Assembly (NCBI GenBank): GCA_050950285.1
Contig: JBMNHG010000002.1
Span: 436,296-500,295, forward strand
Length of the DNA: 64,000 nucleotides
Origin: Kiritimatiellia bacterium
Lineage (GTDB): Bacteria > Verrucomicrobiota > Kiritimatiellia > RFP12 > JBMNHG01
Direction: 5' to 3'
The notes beneath the pieces were generated by a model, which saw only the letters and a program-made list of their open reading frames with translations, searched no databases and was not told the DNA's origin. Made by a program: the position numbers and the translations under genes. Below are positions 28,452 through 37,588 of this stretch, piece after piece. Each line of letters starts with the position of its first letter. Position 1 is the stretch's first letter.

Positions 28452-29648
28452 ATGCACCTGCTCAACCCCCAGATCCAAGCCCAGCTCGGAAACTCCTCCG
28501 CCATCCGTAAAATGTTCGAGACCGGCATCGAACTCCGCAAGAAGGTCGGCGCGGACAAGGTGTGCGACTTCTCGCTCGGGAACCCCGACGTCCCGCCGCC
28601 GCCCGCCGTGCGCACCGCGCTGCTCGACGCCGCCGAAACCGTCTCCCGGCCCTTCTCCCTCGGCTATCCGCCCAACGCGGGACTCCCCTCGCTTCGCGCC
28701 GCCCTCGCGAAAAAACTTTCCAAGGAGCAGGACACCCCGCTCGAAGCCGCGCATGTGCTGGTGACCTGCGGCGCCGCCGGCGCCATCACCTCGTTCTTCC
28801 GCGCCGTGCTCGAACCGGGCGACGAAATCCTCGTCCCCTCGCCCTACTTCGTGGAATACGGCGCCTATTGCGGACACTTCGGCGGCGTGCTCAAGGCCGT
28901 CCCGTCGAAGCTCCCCGACTTCGCGCCCGATGTGGACGCCTTCGCCGAAGCCATGACCCCCCGCACCCGCGCCATCCTCCTCAACAACCCGAACAACCCC
29001 ACCGGCTGCCTCTACTCCACCGGACAAATCGCCGCCATCGGCGCACTTCTGGAAAAGGCCAACTCCGACGGTCGCGACCGCCCCGTCTTCCTCCTCTCCG
29101 ACGAACCCTACCGCTTCCTCGTCTACGACGGCATGACCGTCCCGCCCGCGCTTCCGGTCTCGCCCTACGCCGTGGTCTTCGGCTCCTTCTCGAAGACGCT
29201 CTCCCTCGCCGGCGAACGCATCGGCTACATCGCGGTGAATCCCGCCATGCCCGGCGTCGCGGACCTTCTCGCCGCCTGCACCATGACCATCCGCACCCTC
29301 GGCTTCGTGAACGCCCCCGTGATCGGGCAGAAGATCGCCGAATACGCCCTCGACAGCGGCGTCTCCGTCGATCTCTACCAGCGCCGCCGCGATGCCATGG
29401 CCAAGGTGCTGGAAGACGCCGGCATCGAATTCGCCATGCCCCGGGGCGCCTTCTATTTCTTCCCCAAGGCCCCCGGCGGCGACGAGAAGCGCTTCGTGGA
29501 ACTCCTGCAGCAGGAGTACATCCTCGCCGTTCCCGGAAGCGGCTTCGGCCTCCCCGGCCACTTCCGCCTCAGCTTCGCCGTGGACGAGGAAAAAATCCTC
29601 CAGTCGGCGGAAGGCTTCCAACGCGCCGCCGCCGCCGCCCGCGCGTAA
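28452..29648 (+). CDS. Class I/II PLP-dependent aminotransferase (aspartate aminotransferase-like)
   Basis: DFSLGNPD, NNPNNPTG, SDEPY, SFSKTLSLAGERIGY, AVPGSGFG. Confidence 0.93.
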   Translation: MHLLNPQIQAQLGNSSAIRKMFETGIELRKKVGADKVCDFSLGNPDVPPPPAVRTALLDAAETVSRPFSLGYPPNAGLPSLRAALAKKLSKEQDTPLEAAHVLVTCGAAGAITSFFRAVLEPGDEILVPSPYFVEYGAYCGHFGGVLKAVPSKLPDFAPDVDAFAEAMTPRTRAILLNNPNNPTGCLYSTGQIAAIGALLEKANSDGRDRPVFLLSDEPYRFLVYDGMTVPPALPVSPYAVVFGSFSKTLSLAGERIGYIAVNPAMPGVADLLAACTMTIRTLGFVNAPVIGQKIAEYALDSGVSVDLYQRRRDAMAKVLEDAGIEFAMPRGAFYFFPKAPGGDEKRFVELLQQEYILAVPGSGFGLPGHFRLSFAVDEEKILQSAEGFQRAAAAARA

Positions 29649-29710
29649 TGCGATCATACCCCCCATCCATCTCGCCCATTGTCCCATCACTTCGTACCCA
29701 GGAGGTTCCC

Positions 29711-32470
29711 ATGAGGATTCGTCGCATCGCACCCTTCACGCTCGCGCTTTCCCTGCTTGCCGGCGCGGCCCCGGCGGACTACGTCTGGATCGGCGGAAAC
29801 CAGGCCGGCGACCCGAACTCCTTCACCAACGCCGCCAACTGGGCGGGCGGACTCGCTCCGGTCTACGCCTCCTACGAGAAGATCTGGGTCACCCAGGAAT
29901 GCGCATACGTGACCTTCGACATGCGCGGGCAGGTCCAGAACTTCTACTTCGGCGGACTCGTGCTGGGCAACGAAGACGGCGCGGAAGTCACCTTCGAGAT
30001 CACCTCCACACGCCCGGCGTACAGCCCGGCCGTCTTCACCAGCGGCACCACGCAGTCCACCAACTACTACACCTCGCTCTTCGGGACGAACACCCGCGTC
30101 ATCGTCCGTTCCGGCGCGGTTTTCTCCTTCAACTCCGGCCTTTCCATGTGCGATCCCGGAGTCTCGATCACGGGCGACGGCGCCCTTTCCTTCGGAGGCA
30201 CGCAGACCATCTTCGGCCGCGACTACGGCACGCTCCCGGTCGAATTGAACCAGGGCGCGCGCACGATGACCGCCCAGGGCGACAGCGCGTTCCCGGCCGG
30301 CCTCACGATCCATGCCACGGGAAGCGCCGGCATCGACAAGGTCACGCTCTACGACATCGCGGGGCACACCGTCACGGCCGGAACCGTCTTCCTGGGCATC
30401 CAAGACGTCGACACCGGCAAAGAGAACGACCAGTCCGGCTTCGGCGCGATCGAATTGAACGGCGGGACGTTCGCCGCGACCGACATCGTCTTCCGCTCCA
30501 ACCCCGATGGCACCTATCAGAACCAGAACCCCCTCACCCAGGACTCGTACATCGCCGACACCGCCGGCGGCGGCACGCTCGCGTTTTCAGGCGATTTCGC
30601 GGATGTCACCTCCCGAAGCCCCGCCCAATGGAATCTGTCCGCTTCCACCCTGCGGGCAAACGGCGACGGCTCCACGGTCCAGCGCCTGGAAGCGCTGAGC
30701 CGCGACCAAGGCGACTCGGTCTTCGCCGTCTCGGAAAACCGCTTCATCGGAACGCTGGAAATCGCCGCAGGCGCCCGCGTCCGGCTCCAGGACGAGTACG
30801 ACAACGACCGCGTGGACGGAGGCGCGGCCGAAGTCCTGTACGTCGGCTCGCTCGTCGTCGCCGAGGGCGCCACGCTCGATCTGAACGGCCTGGACATCTA
30901 CGCCCACGCCACCGACCTCCGGGGGACCCTCACCGAGAACGGCGGCGCGATCCGTCCGCTCACCTCCACGCGCCTCGTCTTCTCGGTCCCCCTCTTCCTC
31001 GACGACGGCACGGACACCTACGGCGCAGTCGCCGCCGGAACCCACGGCACCTGGGGCGGCCTGATGGTCGCCACCGACATCGACGGCGACGGCAAGCTCG
31101 AGATTGTCCTGCCCACCATCGACGAGGACGGCAACGACGGGGACGACTTCTTCTGGTGCGCGGACTTCGACGGGGAATCCCTCACCCTCAAGCACGACGA
31201 TGCCTGGCCCGTCGCGGCGCCCACCGCCGTCACCAAATGGATCGGCCTGGTCGATCGCGGCTTCGGCCTCGGCGAAGAGATCGTCTTCCTGAACAGCGGC
31301 TGGGCGGCGCTCGGCAAGCTCGCGGGCGACGGGTCCATTTCGACGGTCACGCAGGGCGGGAACATCTTCTACGCAACCCTGCCGACCCTCGGCGACATCG
31401 ATGGCGACGGCGACGTCGAAATCTTCGCCTCCGCCCGAGCCAACAACAACAACATCCGCATCGTGAACGCCCGAACCGGCGCGGCGGAATCGACCTTCAA
31501 CATCATCGAGAAGAACGCTGCGGGAATCTCGCAGATGGGCGGTTTCGGCGACCTCTACGGCGACGGGGTAAACCGCGTGGTGGTCTTCGGTGCGCAGGCC
31601 GGCGGTTCCTCCTCGAACCTCTTCGGCATCTACAACGCCGACGGCACGAGGATGGGCGGATTTTCGACCAGCGGCTACGGCGCGACCGAGCGCAACAACA
31701 CCCTGGTGGTCTTCGACTACGACCGGGACGGCCAAGGGGAGATCTTCCTGCACGACAACCAAAATGGGAACGGCTACCTGAAGATCTACAGGAACGACGG
31801 CACGCTCGTGCTCGATCTCTCCTCCGAAGGCAAGCAGGGCGGCAACTTCGGCCTGGCGGACTTCGACAAGGACGGCGTCTACGAAATCGCCTATGCGGGC
31901 AAGGTGTTCGACACGGACGGCACGGTCCTCGCAACGCTTCCTGGCGTCTACGCGGTCGGCACGGGCCTGGCGCTCGCCGACTTCACCGGCGACCAGATTC
32001 CGGAAGTGGTCTACTACGTCTCCGACACCGCCCAGTATCCCGGATACGGCAAGAGCGTGAACATCTACGACGTCGCGACCGGCACCCTCCTCGAGGGATG
32101 CCCCATCCGTTGCGGAGACGGCACGCTCCGCCAAGGGTCTTTCACCGTCGCGCACGAGTACGGCGGCTTCTTCGGCAGCTTCCATCACTGGGGTTGCCAT
32201 GAGCCGCTGGTGGCCGATCTCGACAACGATGGCGACTGGGAGATCATCACGGTGAACGGCACCTCCACCGGGTATCTCACCATCAACGGGGAGATCGTGC
32301 ACAACCTCTTCGATCCCGCGCTCACGGTGATCGACTACCCGACGCCCTACCGCCTTCCGCCCTACCGCACGGCGTTGGAGATGGCCTGGCGCACGCACAA
32401 CCGCGACGCGCAACTCACCGGCATCTACCCGCTCCCCATCCGGGCGGGCACGCTCCTGCTCGTGCGATAG
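29711..32470 (+). CDS. Secreted protein: N-terminal passenger-like beta region plus FG-GAP/VCBS Ca-binding repeats, ending in GTLLLVR
   Basis: GGAGG RBS, signal peptide; DIDGDGKLEI, DIDGDGDVEI, DYDRDGQGEI, DFDKDGVYEI, DFTGDQIPEV, DLDNDGDWEI. Confidence 0.85.
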   Translation: MRIRRIAPFTLALSLLAGAAPADYVWIGGNQAGDPNSFTNAANWAGGLAPVYASYEKIWVTQECAYVTFDMRGQVQNFYFGGLVLGNEDGAEVTFEITSTRPAYSPAVFTSGTTQSTNYYTSLFGTNTRVIVRSGAVFSFNSGLSMCDPGVSITGDGALSFGGTQTIFGRDYGTLPVELNQGARTMTAQGDSAFPAGLTIHATGSAGIDKVTLYDIAGHTVTAGTVFLGIQDVDTGKENDQSGFGAIELNGGTFAATDIVFRSNPDGTYQNQNPLTQDSYIADTAGGGTLAFSGDFADVTSRSPAQWNLSASTLRANGDGSTVQRLEALSRDQGDSVFAVSENRFIGTLEIAAGARVRLQDEYDNDRVDGGAAEVLYVGSLVVAEGATLDLNGLDIYAHATDLRGTLTENGGAIRPLTSTRLVFSVPLFLDDGTDTYGAVAAGTHGTWGGLMVATDIDGDGKLEIVLPTIDEDGNDGDDFFWCADFDGESLTLKHDDAWPVAAPTAVTKWIGLVDRGFGLGEEIVFLNSGWAALGKLAGDGSISTVTQGGNIFYATLPTLGDIDGDGDVEIFASARANNNNIRIVNARTGAAESTFNIIEKNAAGISQMGGFGDLYGDGVNRVVVFGAQAGGSSSNLFGIYNADGTRMGGFSTSGYGATERNNTLVVFDYDRDGQGEIFLHDNQNGNGYLKIYRNDGTLVLDLSSEGKQGGNFGLADFDKDGVYEIAYAGKVFDTDGTVLATLPGVYAVGTGLALADFTGDQIPEVVYYVSDTAQYPGYGKSVNIYDVATGTLLEGCPIRCGDGTLRQGSFTVAHEYGGFFGSFHHWGCHEPLVADLDNDGDWEIITVNGTSTGYLTINGEIVHNLFDPALTVIDYPTPYRLPPYRTALEMAWRTHNRDAQLTGIYPLPIRAGTLLLVR

Positions 32471-32522
32471 CCATCCGCCTTCCGTGACGGAAACGGCGCG
32501 CCGCGAAAAAAGCGGCGCGCCG
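32447..32522 (+). repeat. 76-bp direct repeat copy 1 (GTLLLVR-stop codons + hairpin)
   Basis: Identical to 37278-37353 except one base (32485 T vs 37316 C). Confidence 0.95.
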
Positions 32523-32524
32523 CC

Positions 32525-32723
32525 CCGGCACAGCCCGCCGGGGACGGCGGTCCCCAGGCAGGTCGTCCCTCCAGGCGGCGATACGCGACACGGCGCGGGC
32601 GCGTGTGGCGTGCGTTGGCGTACCGTGTGTCGCGAGTCGAAGGTCGCGAGTCCTCTCCCCCGATCCGCCCGATCCCGATGGCCACGCCGCGCCGGCACGG
32701 CCCGCCGGGACGGCGGTCCCCAG
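32525..32723 (+). repeat. Two direct copies of the REP-like repeat CCGGCAC[AG]GCCCGCCGGG(G)ACGGCGGTCCCCAG
   Basis: Copies at 32525-32557 and 32692-32723. Confidence 0.85.
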
Positions 32724-32894
32724 CGCGGTCCGATTTATTTCCTGGCTTGAGGTTATCTGTGTAAGCGATACACTTTTTTGCAACCATCACGATCCACCAG
32801 CCCCCGCCCCGAACCGATGCACGATCGTGCGGGATGGAGACCGGAGACCGTGGGTGGCATTCCGTGGCGTCCGTTCGTATCCAGGAGAAATCCC

Positions 32895-35800
32895 ATGTCC
32901 CATCGATCCGTTTCCCGTGCGCTTGCGGCATCTGCCGCGGGCCTCTTCCTCCTCTGTGCATCCGCGCATGCCGACGTCGTGATGTCGGGCCCGTTGCCCC
33001 AGGGCTACTGGAGCAACCTGCTCCATCTTGGGGCCACCTTCGAGACGGACTCGCTCACGGCCAACAACCAGAATATCTACACCGACTGCCTTGCCGCGGC
33101 AGGCGGGGAGGCGAACCAGACGCCGGGCCATGGCGATGTGCTCACGGGCCTTGCCACCCACGGGGATTCCCAGGAGCCCGCCGGCCAGCTCACGTGGACC
33201 GCGATGGACGACGCCGATGGCTTCTGGCAGCCCAATCGCGATGCATACATCAAGTATTGGCACACCTACGTCATCGTGCCCGGCAACCAGCCGCGCCCCG
33301 TCCACTTCTACCTGCGCCAGGATGACGACGTCCGCATCTGGAACAACGGCTCGAACATCGTCACCAGCATCGGCTGGGACAACCACACCGAGAAAGGCCC
33401 CTTCGCCGCGACGCTCCAGCCCGGTCGCAATTCCATCACCATCAAGCTCTACGAAGGCGGTGGCGGCGACTACATGGCCATACGCATGACCGATGTGGAC
33501 GGGACCTATTTCGACGACCTCTCCTACACGCTTGTCCCGGTCGACTTCACCGTCGCCAACCCCCTGAACGGCGGCGAGACCTACACCGGGACCAACGCGG
33601 TCGTGGCGGTTGTCTTCCCGATGGTGGCCGACGGGACCCACTACCAGTTTACGGCGGGCGATGACGCCTCCCTGCTGTCCCCGGCCGCCTGGAAGCCCTA
33701 TGCGATCGGCGCAATGCCGGACGACATCTTCGATTTCCCCGCCCCGGACGATGGCGCGACCGTCACCATCGGCGCCTGGGTGATGGGAAACGGCTTCACC
33801 AACGGCTACTCCGACACCATCCTCTACTCGACGTCGCGCCCCTCGGCCGTGGCCACGAACATCTCCATCGGCATCAACAACGCCGATGGAACCGAAATCC
33901 CGGTCTCCCTCGTTGACGCCGGTTCCACGGGCGGCGACAGCGGCATCGCCTCCATGACGGTCTCCCCCTCCATCCTCTACGCCCCCGGCAACGTCACGCT
34001 GACCGTGGTCAATCACGCCGGCCTTTCCGACAGCGCGACCGTCATGGTCTCCCAATCCGGCCTTCTGGCGGTCCATGTTTCCCCCGATGGCGACGACGAC
34101 ACCGCCGACGGATCGCCCGAAAAGCCCTTCCGCACCGTCACGGAGGCGGCGGCGCGCGTCGCCCCCACCCCGCTCGAGGCGATCTACATCGCCCCCGGCC
34201 TCTACGACGCGGACGCCGGCGAATCCTTCCCGGTCGCCCTGAAGGACACCCGGATCGTGAACAGCGGCGCCGGGCCCGCCATCTTCGACGGCGGCAACGC
34301 CGCAGCCCACATCTTCACCGCCGTCGAAGGCTCGCTCTCGCTCCTCAACCTCGCCTTCCGCGGTTCGACCGACGCCGCCCTCTCCGTGCGCACCACGCCC
34401 GTCGCCGCGACCAATTGCGTCTTCACGCAGTCCCAGCCCAACTTCGGATGGGGCGCGACCGGCGCGCTGCGCCTGGAACGGAACTGCGCGCTCGAGGCGG
34501 TCGGATGCGTCTTCACCAACATCAGCCGCACCGCCGTGATCCGCTGCACCGACATCAACGGCGCAAACGAGCACAACGGAAGCCCCGTGACGCTTCGCGA
34601 CTGCCTGCTCGCGGACAACGTGGCGGGAGCCGCCGGCGGCGCCAACGACTCGAGCCTGATCTACACGCGCAACCGCGGCTCCTCCTTCTCGTTCTACGAC
34701 ACCGTCTTCCGGAACAACGAAACCGGCATCGGCACCGTCCACGACGCGTCGTCCTCGCCCGTCGTCTATGCGGACTTCTCGCCCGTCGACATCGACCGCT
34801 GCCAGTTCCTCGGCAACCGCGGCGGCAACCTCCTCGGCGTCTGCTACGCGAACGCGAGCATCCGCAACTCGCTCTTCGTGGACAACGACAACCCCGACAA
34901 CATCTACCACGGCTACAGCACCTCCGCCGACTTCCGCAACTGCACCTTCGTGCGCGGCACCGGCGGCTTCACCGGGTATACCGCGACCGCCAACCTCTTC
35001 AACTGCATCCTCGCGGACCTCGTCTCGCTCAACGTCCCTTCGACCAACCACGGCGGAAGCCCCGACCGCCTCCGGATCCGCGACACCCTGATCTGGAACA
35101 CCCCCGCCGGAATCGGATACGACGCCCATTCCAGCGCGAACATCATCGAAGCCGATCCCGTGCTCGAAAACGCCGGCGTCGCCTTCTCCGATGCCGGCTT
35201 CGACCCCCGCCCGCGCCCCTACTCCCCCGCCATCGACGCCTCCGCCGCCGAGAACGTCGCCGGCGCCTTCGACCTCGATGGCCACGCGCGCGCCGCCGAC
35301 AACGACGGCGATGCCCTGGCCGTCGCCGACCTGGGCTGCTACGAATCGCTCTTCCACGCCGCGATCGTACCGACCTTCTCCGTCCCCGTCCCCGGTTCGC
35401 TCAGCGGCTACCGCGGCGTGACCTATCCCGTCACCATCGGGATCTCCCCTGCGGCGGAAGGCCCGGTCGAGGCCGCCGTCACCTATTCCGAAGGCGTGAC
35501 CGGCCCCGCCGCCCTCTCCTTCTCGAACGGCTCCGCCACGGTGGTCCTCAACGTGGAAACGCTCGGCTCCACCAACACCTTCGCGCGCATCACGATTGCC
35601 GAGAGCAACACCTCGCAAGGCGTTCTGCCGGGCATCCTCGATGTCTTCATGGACGACCTGGTCGTAACGGTCGGCGGCGAGACGAACCTCTTCGTCCGCG
35701 CCGGCGACTCCCTCGACCTGCCCGTCGCGCTTGCGCTCGGCGGCGCCGTTGCGCCAGACGACGTCTCCATCAACGTCGGCGCCATCCAGGGCACAGGCAC

Positions 35801-37301
35801 CTCGGCCGCCGCCTGGCACGGAGAGTCCGCCAAGATTCCCGCCGGCCAACACAGTTCGGCCCCGGACGCCCTCCGCATCACCGGCGGCATCGGCATCAAT
35901 GCCGTCACCCTTTCCACCGGCACCGCCCTCTTCCTCGAGAGCGGCGACTCGGAAGTGACCCTCCGCATCGTCGGCTACCCCGGCTGCCTGTATGTCGATC
36001 CCGCCAACGGCGACGACTCCGCGGACGGCACCCTCGCGTCGCCGCTGAAGAGCGTGACCAAGGCCATCACGCTCCTCAAGGCAGGCGACGAAGTCCGCCT
36101 GCTCCCCGGCACCTACACGGCCGCCACCGAGACCTTCCCCTGGCGGCCCGGATCCCTCGCGCTCGTCGGCTGCGACGCCACCGGCGCCAAGACCGCCGAC
36201 CGCACGCTCTGCGTGGTCGATGGCGAGAACGGCGTCGACCACCTCGCGAACGTCCTCCAGTCCACCGGTTCCGCCGCCGGGCGCATCGAAGGCCTCTGGA
36301 TCCGCAACTCCACCGATTCGGGCCTCTTCATCGAGAACTCCGACTGTGTCGTGAGCAACTGCTTCTTCACGCAGGACACGGCCTCCAACGTGGGCGGAGG
36401 AATCCGCGTCGCCAACGTGAGCCAGGCGGACGTCGTCGACTGCTGCTTCAGCGGGATGACCCGCCGAGCCGCGATCTACTGCACCGCCGTGGACAACGCG
36501 GAGTACAAGCGCCTCTCCGCGCTGCGCTGCCTCTTCATCGACAACACCAGCTATCTCGGCGCCATCGGCTGCACCGAAGGCAACCAGTTCCGCCTCTATG
36601 CCACGGATTGCGACTTCATCCGCAACGTGGGCGACCTGGATACAAACGTCCACGACGCCAGGGCCTCCGCCGCCTTCTACAACGGCGGGAACCGCCTCTT
36701 CGTCGACCGCTGCCGCTTCCTCGCCAACAGCGGCAACCACGTGGTCGGCATCGAATACGCCCAGGAAAACGTCCTCATCGCAAACTCGCTCTTCGTCGAC
36801 AACGCGACCGCCGGCGGCGCCTTCCGCGGCTACAGCGCCACCATCGACGCCCGCAACTGCACCTTCATCCGCAACGCCGGCGGCTATGCCATCTACGGAC
36901 TCAGCACCTACATCCGCAACAGCATCTTCTCCGGCGACACGGCGCTGTCCCTGGATGACGGGTCCGCCGGACGCCTGCGCCTGCGCGATTCGATGGTCCA
37001 CGAAATCGGCGAAGGCGATTTCGGATACGTCGTCGAGGCCCCCGGCACCGTTGCCACCAATGCCGCTCCGCTCTTCAGGAACGCGGCCATCGCCTGGGAT
37101 GCCGAAGGCTTCAACGCCCGCCTCGGCAACGACAGCCCCGCGATCGACGCCGGAAACGCCGATTTCATCTTCGGCGACCTCGACCTCGACGGCACGGCCC
37201 GCATGAAATACGGCCGCACCCGGCGCTTCGGCCTCAAGGTCGATCTCGGCTGCTACGAAGCGGACGTTCCGCCCTTCGGCACGCTCCTGCTCGTGCGATA
37301 G
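32895..37301 (+). CDS. 1468-aa secreted protein: PA14-like domain plus two DUF1565/right-handed beta-helix modules, ending in GTLLLVR
   Basis: AGGAG RBS, signal peptide (..ASAHA-D), QDDDVRIWNNG..YEGGGG (PA14-like); HVSPDGDD..DGSPEKPFRT and YVDPANGDD..DGTLASPLKS; two SPAIDA..DLDG..DLGCYE ends. Confidence 0.85.
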   Translation: MSHRSVSRALAASAAGLFLLCASAHADVVMSGPLPQGYWSNLLHLGATFETDSLTANNQNIYTDCLAAAGGEANQTPGHGDVLTGLATHGDSQEPAGQLTWTAMDDADGFWQPNRDAYIKYWHTYVIVPGNQPRPVHFYLRQDDDVRIWNNGSNIVTSIGWDNHTEKGPFAATLQPGRNSITIKLYEGGGGDYMAIRMTDVDGTYFDDLSYTLVPVDFTVANPLNGGETYTGTNAVVAVVFPMVADGTHYQFTAGDDASLLSPAAWKPYAIGAMPDDIFDFPAPDDGATVTIGAWVMGNGFTNGYSDTILYSTSRPSAVATNISIGINNADGTEIPVSLVDAGSTGGDSGIASMTVSPSILYAPGNVTLTVVNHAGLSDSATVMVSQSGLLAVHVSPDGDDDTADGSPEKPFRTVTEAAARVAPTPLEAIYIAPGLYDADAGESFPVALKDTRIVNSGAGPAIFDGGNAAAHIFTAVEGSLSLLNLAFRGSTDAALSVRTTPVAATNCVFTQSQPNFGWGATGALRLERNCALEAVGCVFTNISRTAVIRCTDINGANEHNGSPVTLRDCLLADNVAGAAGGANDSSLIYTRNRGSSFSFYDTVFRNNETGIGTVHDASSSPVVYADFSPVDIDRCQFLGNRGGNLLGVCYANASIRNSLFVDNDNPDNIYHGYSTSADFRNCTFVRGTGGFTGYTATANLFNCILADLVSLNVPSTNHGGSPDRLRIRDTLIWNTPAGIGYDAHSSANIIEADPVLENAGVAFSDAGFDPRPRPYSPAIDASAAENVAGAFDLDGHARAADNDGDALAVADLGCYESLFHAAIVPTFSVPVPGSLSGYRGVTYPVTIGISPAAEGPVEAAVTYSEGVTGPAALSFSNGSATVVLNVETLGSTNTFARITIAESNTSQGVLPGILDVFMDDLVVTVGGETNLFVRAGDSLDLPVALALGGAVAPDDVSINVGAIQGTGTSAAAWHGESAKIPAGQHSSAPDALRITGGIGINAVTLSTGTALFLESGDSEVTLRIVGYPGCLYVDPANGDDSADGTLASPLKSVTKAITLLKAGDEVRLLPGTYTAATETFPWRPGSLALVGCDATGAKTADRTLCVVDGENGVDHLANVLQSTGSAAGRIEGLWIRNSTDSGLFIENSDCVVSNCFFTQDTASNVGGGIRVANVSQADVVDCCFSGMTRRAAIYCTAVDNAEYKRLSALRCLFIDNTSYLGAIGCTEGNQFRLYATDCDFIRNVGDLDTNVHDARASAAFYNGGNRLFVDRCRFLANSGNHVVGIEYAQENVLIANSLFVDNATAGGAFRGYSATIDARNCTFIRNAGGYAIYGLSTYIRNSIFSGDTALSLDDGSAGRLRLRDSMVHEIGEGDFGYVVEAPGTVATNAAPLFRNAAIAWDAEGFNARLGNDSPAIDAGNADFIFGDLDLDGTARMKYGRTRRFGLKVDLGCYEADVPPFGTLLLVR

Positions 37302-37353
37302 CCATCCGCCTTCCGCGACGGAAACGGCGCGCCGCGAAAAAAGCGGCGCGCCG
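37278..37353 (+). repeat. 76-bp direct repeat copy 2
   Basis: See 32447-32522. Confidence 0.95.
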
Positions 37354-37362
37354 TTTTTTTTT
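37322..37362 (+). terminator. Intrinsic terminator
   Basis: Stem AAACGGCGCGCCGC / GCGGCGCGCCGTTT, loop GAAAAAA, with a T9 tail (37354-37362). Confidence 0.85.
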
Positions 37363-37380
37363 CCCGCGAACGGGGCGCTC

Positions 37381-37431
37381 GCAAAACCCGGCCCGCCGGG
37401 GACGGCGGTCCCCAGGGCAAGGGGTTTTGCA
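37381..37431 (+). repeat. REP-like element bounded by GCAAAAC...GTTTTGC
   Basis: Contains the GGGGACGGCGGTCCCC hairpin; matches the reverse complement of 4763-4810. Confidence 0.8.
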
Positions 37432-37482
37432 CGCGCCCGCGAATTCTCCGGCGCTTTTCCCTTCCGTGCCGGGCGGTGGGCT

Positions 37483-37491
37483 TGCTATACT
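37483..37491 (+). promoter_or_regulatory. Putative extended -10 (TG-C-TATACT) for the accDA operon
   Basis: Near-consensus motif about 100 nt upstream of ATG 37589. Confidence 0.5.
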
Positions 37492-37588
37492 ATCGGGATA
37501 CGACATTCCTGCCACGGGCGCCTTCCCTCCCAAGTTCCGGCGCATGGCGATGCAGGTTGATGAACGTTCCCGTGAAATAAGGTTTCCC

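Noticed and set aside
28562..29710. N-terminal extension giving the 1302-aa version of the FG-GAP protein
   Set aside because: Overlaps the aminotransferase in another frame; the true start with GGAGG and a signal peptide is 29711.
32447..32723. Possible CRISPR array from repeated palindromes
   Set aside because: Only two copies, about 135 bp apart, with no regular spacers and no cas genes; better explained as REP-like.
32787..37001. 1404-aa antisense ORF (similar cases: 16648-20175, 4704-7670)
   Set aside because: Mirror of strongly biased sense codons, which give few antisense stops.
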